This document shows positions 60,507-64,000 of a DNA stretch of 64,000 bases, in pieces. The translations under genes and the position numbers were made by a program. Position 1 is the first letter of the stretch. The number at the start of each line of letters is the position of its first letter. This DNA is from an uncultured delta proteobacterium (GTDB lineage Bacteria > Desulfobacterota > Syntrophia > Syntrophales > UBA2185): the NCBI GenBank assembly GCA_963729715.1, contig CAVSPA010000006.1, forward strand, positions 96,001 to 160,000, read 5' to 3'. The notes below the pieces were generated by a model. That model saw only the letters and a program-made list of their open reading frames with translations. It ran no database searches and was not told where the DNA came from.

Positions 60507-60586
60507 ATATTTGAAGAAAAGTTATTGATTGAAGTTTTAATGATATAGCAATAATCTAAAAATCATAAATAAGTGGGCTATTTTTC

Positions 60587-60956
60587 ATGACGAGGGATGA
60601 GAAGGTCAAGTACTGGACAGAATCCGCAAAAAATGACTGGGTAGTTGCAGATCATTTTTTTGAAAAGATGAGACTATCCGTATGCCCTTTTCTTTGGCCA
60701 TTTAACTGTCGAGAAACCGTTAGAAGCACTCTTTGTAAAAAAGTTTAACGAATCACCACTGTTTACACACAGCCTCACTTATCTGGCTGAGAAGGTGGGT
60801 TTAACACCAACCGCTGAACAACTGGAGTTATTAGAAATAATAACAGATTTCAATTTTGAGGTTCGATACCCGGACGAGAAATTTTCATTCCATGATAAAT
60901 GTACAAATCATTTTTCTAAAACTTTCGTGCAAAAAATTGAGGAAATGCCAAGCTGA
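60587..60956 (+). pseudogene. HEPN domain protein, frameshifted
   Basis: MTRDEKVKYWTESAKNDW...FEK / DYPYALFFGHLTVEK...THSL..LA...EVRYPD. Confidence 0.75.
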
Positions 60957-61268
60957 GAATCACGACACAAGAAAATTCTTCCGGGAATGCGGTGCTGACG
61001 GTTGGGTTACGAGAACGGAAAAAACTCTTGCCGAGATTTCATGAGAAATCGACCGCTACTTTTCGTGATCTTCAAACTTCAATATTGTGAACGCGTGAGG
61101 ATAAGTAGATGAACGAAACAGACGACCTCTCTTGCTGCCTTCCTGAAACATCGTGAACCTACTTATGGTTCTCCGTTGAAACTTTCAGTTAAGAATAGCC
61201 ATCATGTAATTGCGATTTTCTGATGGTTGATGCATGAAACAGCATGAATTCGTTAAGGGGGGAAATCA

Positions 61269-61751
61269 ATGAGAGCATTACTCATAAGAATCATACTTGT
61301 TACTTTTCTATTTGTCTTCTTCGTTTCAGGACAATTACAGTCACAAGAGGAGAGCGATGGTCGATTTATTGCAAAAGGCAACGGGACGGTATTGGATACC
61401 AAGACCGGCCTGATATGGGCGGCGCGGGACAACGGAAGCGATATCAGATGGCCTAAGGCCAAGTCGTATTGTGAGAACTACCGCGGTGGCGGGTATACGG
61501 ACTGGCGGATGCCGACACGTGACGAACTGGCGGGGTTGTATGATGCGAACAAATCCCAAAAAGTAGAATGCGGCGGTCTCCCCATCCATGTTGCTACAGA
61601 CTTAATTCGTCTTACTTGCTTGTGGGCGTGGGCCTCTGAGAGGCGCGGTTCCTACGCTGCTGACTTCGATTTCATGGATGGCAAGTGGGGCTGGTATCAC
61701 CGATTAATCCACTACAAGTGCCGGGCGCTCCCGGTGCGCTTTAGCAAATAG
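61269..61751 (+). CDS. Secreted DUF1566 (Lcl C-terminal) domain protein
   Basis: GTVLDTKTGLIW, GGYTDWRMPT.DEL, ALPVR. Confidence 0.88.
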   Translation: MRALLIRIILVTFLFVFFVSGQLQSQEESDGRFIAKGNGTVLDTKTGLIWAARDNGSDIRWPKAKSYCENYRGGGYTDWRMPTRDELAGLYDANKSQKVECGGLPIHVATDLIRLTCLWAWASERRGSYAADFDFMDGKWGWYHRLIHYKCRALPVRFSK

Positions 61752-62222
61752 GTTATTTGGTTTTTTGATCATTTTCTTTTGGATATGGATCGCATCCATA
61801 CACCTTTCTTTTGTTAATCTGTAATTCAATTAGTAATAGGTCACTGTTTGTTAGTAGGCGGAGGATGCAAGAATAATCAGCTAGTGACTATAGAAAAATT
61901 ATTTTAGAGCTGTTCCCGCGGTGTACTTCCTTGTTATCCACAATTTAGAGGTAATAAAAATTATTCACGAGCTTTCTCTTCGTAATTAATAGCTCTATGG
62001 AGATTCCGACTACTCCTGGGATGCCTACATTCAGTAATAACGCCTCATTTATGATGAGCGTGCGGCAGAGATCTGTCTGAATTGTGCATAAATTGTGATC
62101 AAAAATGCATTTATGATGGGCCAATCGACTAAAAGTGATTTCATTTATCAAAATGACACCCGCTCTTACATCCCTTTCATAATCACCAGAATCACACCTC
62201 ACATTTTATGGTCATTTTTTCA

Positions 62223-62280
62223 TTGACACATAAGACCGTTTTTCTTAAACTTTCTCCACGAAAAAGGAAGTTCTTATCAA
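62223..62280 (+). promoter_or_regulatory. Sigma70 promoter with downstream shared motif
   Basis: TTGACA-17 nt-TAAACT then AAAAAGGAAGTTCTTATCAA. Confidence 0.55.
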
Positions 62281-62386
62281 AAAACAAAATCAAATTTTCA
62301 TTCGAAGAGCAATCCAATATATCATTTTGACGTTATCTTAAACTCGAAATCGGGTGGATCGAAACAATAAGACTAAGGAGGAAAGT

Positions 62387-62860
62387 ATGAGAAAGATAGC
62401 AACATGGATTGCAGTAGTTACAGCGACTTTAATGTTGAATATGATGTTTGCGCTACCATCATTTGCTCAAAAATCACAGGCGGCAGGGTCTAGCGTATCA
62501 ATGGGTGCCTGGACTTTTGGCATTCCAGCACTTGATGCCGAAACATCATTTACTGGAACGGAAGCAATAGTGGCCAAACCGGGTACGGTGAAGAAAATTG
62601 AGCCGATGACCGGTGTGAAAGGCGGCCTACAAATGAGATTCGTGCCGGATCAAGGTAATGCATGCAAAGTCTATATGGGGCCCAAGTGGTTCATTGAAAA
62701 TCAGAAGGTCAAATTTATCGCCGGCGACAAGGTCGAAGTAAGGGGTAAGAAGTATGGTAACGCGATCATTGCCACGGAAATAAGCAAGGGCGATTTGACC
62801 ATGAAACTTCGCAACGAGGAAGATGGTATGCCAATCTGGGAAAGTAGCTTCCGCCGGTAA
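62387..62860 (+). CDS. Exported OB-fold-like protein (MamS/MamX-domain-like)
   Basis: Signal peptide, VYMGPKWF, GDKVEVRG, LRNEEDGMPIW; AAGGAGG RBS. Confidence 0.7.
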   Translation: MRKIATWIAVVTATLMLNMMFALPSFAQKSQAAGSSVSMGAWTFGIPALDAETSFTGTEAIVAKPGTVKKIEPMTGVKGGLQMRFVPDQGNACKVYMGPKWFIENQKVKFIAGDKVEVRGKKYGNAIIATEISKGDLTMKLRNEEDGMPIWESSFRR

Positions 62861-63087
62861 GTAAAAAGGTAATAATAAACAAGCGATCCACGACCCACCC
62901 AATTTTTGAGCCGGCTCAATGCATTATAATAAAGTTTTGATCTCGACTTGCTAGTCAGTGAGTTTTAGACACAGCAATTAACAACATTTTACCCCGGAAG
63001 AAGGAGATAAAGATGGTGATGAGATGGTTACTGAAGGGTCTGTTTCTTTCTCTGCTCTTTGTTGACATATTTAGTGAGAAAATTAGC

Positions 63088-63146
63088 TTGACATAGAAGA
63101 AAAATCACTCTTATACTTTGCCAACAAAAAAAGGACTTCTTATCAA
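63088..63146 (+). promoter_or_regulatory. Sigma70 promoter with downstream shared motif
   Basis: TTGACA-18 nt-TATACT then AAAAAGGACTTCTTATCAA. Confidence 0.6.
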
Positions 63147-63182
63147 TTATAATCTAACCCAAAAATAGTGAGCAGAATACCC

Positions 63183-63494
63183 ATGAAGCGGAGGAAACAT
63201 TCCCTTATCGTCTGTCTTTTGAGTGTGATGCTCCTGCTCGTCACGTTACAACCCCTTTTTGCTGCCGAAAGAATTATCAAAATGGTGGTTCCCGGATGCG
63301 AGTGACAGGACACGGCTAACAGGGTACGTGATGCCCTGAAGGAAATCCCGGGCGTGCTGGAGTATGATGCGGATCAATTTACTCACGAAGTAATGGTAAA
63401 ATTCGACGACACAAAAACCAGTATCAATAAGATTGTAGAGGGTCTGGCCAAGCAAGAATTCCCGATCGAAGGGCAGCCGAAGATCACCCAGTAA
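63183..63494 (+). CDS. Exported HMA-domain-like putative selenoprotein (CxU), 103 aa
   Basis: Signal peptide, VPGCE-TGA(63303)-QDTANRVRDALKEIPGV...VKFDDTKTSINKI; SECIS-like hairpin 63320-63338. Confidence 0.78.
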
Positions 63495-63692
63495 GCTTGA
63501 AGAGATGCGGGGTGATTAATACACGCTCAAGACTATCTGACAAGTGGTTATCATAATGTGAACGAGGGACTATATTATGAAAAGCCGACAGTTTACATGG
63601 ATATGGTTGTTTCTCGGCTTTTTTGTCTCTTTTACGCTGGCCCAAACAATAGTAGCCAATAAAGAGACTACGACTCTCATAAGGAGGAATAA

Positions 63693-64000
63693 GTGAGAAA
63701 AACAGTATTTTTTTTGGTCATTGTGGTGCTTGCGGTGTGTTTTGCGGGAACGGCTGCTTTCGCCGCGACGGAGCTCACCCTCGAGAGCGTACAGAAGATA
63801 TCTGTTGACGGGTTGAAAGCGCAGCTTGGGAATCCCGATGTCATCGTTATCGATGTGCGGACGGCCCACGACTGGGAGGGCAGCAAGACCAAGATCAGGG
63901 GGGCTGTTCGCGAGGACACCCACAATATTGCCTCCTGGATCAACAAGTATCCAAAAGAGAAAACACTCGTTTTTTATTGCAAGTGACTGAATGAAGCGAC
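63693..64000 (+). CDS. Exported rhodanese-like putative selenoprotein (CxU), probably continues past window
   Basis: Signal peptide, IDVR, KIRGAVR, LVFYCK-TGA(63984)-LNEA; AAGGAGG RBS. Confidence 0.75.

Noticed and set aside
62387..62860. Magnetosome gene cluster
   Set aside because: Single MamS/X-like domain with no CxxCH motif and no other mam genes
63013..63096. 27 aa ORF with strong RBS (MVMRWLLKGLFLSLLF...)
   Set aside because: Looks like a truncated signal-peptide stub running into the next promoter; too little support

Overview
Probably a Desulfobacterota (Syntrophales-like) chromosome segment; the taxon is inferred from gene content, not from a search. 1-11.2 kb is core genome: polA 5' end, a siroheme/alternative heme (Ahb) biosynthesis cluster, prmA, rsmE, an RDD gene and tRNA-Phe(GAA). 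The tRNA 3' end recurs at 37548, delimiting a ~26 kb composite island. The island holds integrase and serine-recombinase remnants, gabD between repeats, an inverted-repeat-bounded element with two tyrosine recombinases, a multi-PAS two-component cluster, citrate synthase and a flavin reductase-rubredoxin. Beyond it lie an IS110 remnant, an intact IS256, more signalling genes, csp, RRM, mop, bS22, EmrAB and several pseudogenes. Best leads: (i) two adjacent exported CxU selenoprotein candidates (HMA-like and rhodanese-like) at the window end, missed or truncated by the ORF track; (ii) a pseudoknotted leader RNA with uORF and terminator upstream of a sensor-kinase operon; (iii) the two-recombinase element next to attC-like hairpin repeats; (iv) an apparent AUU start for hemC. 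No CRISPR array or rRNA was seen. All calls were made by eye.
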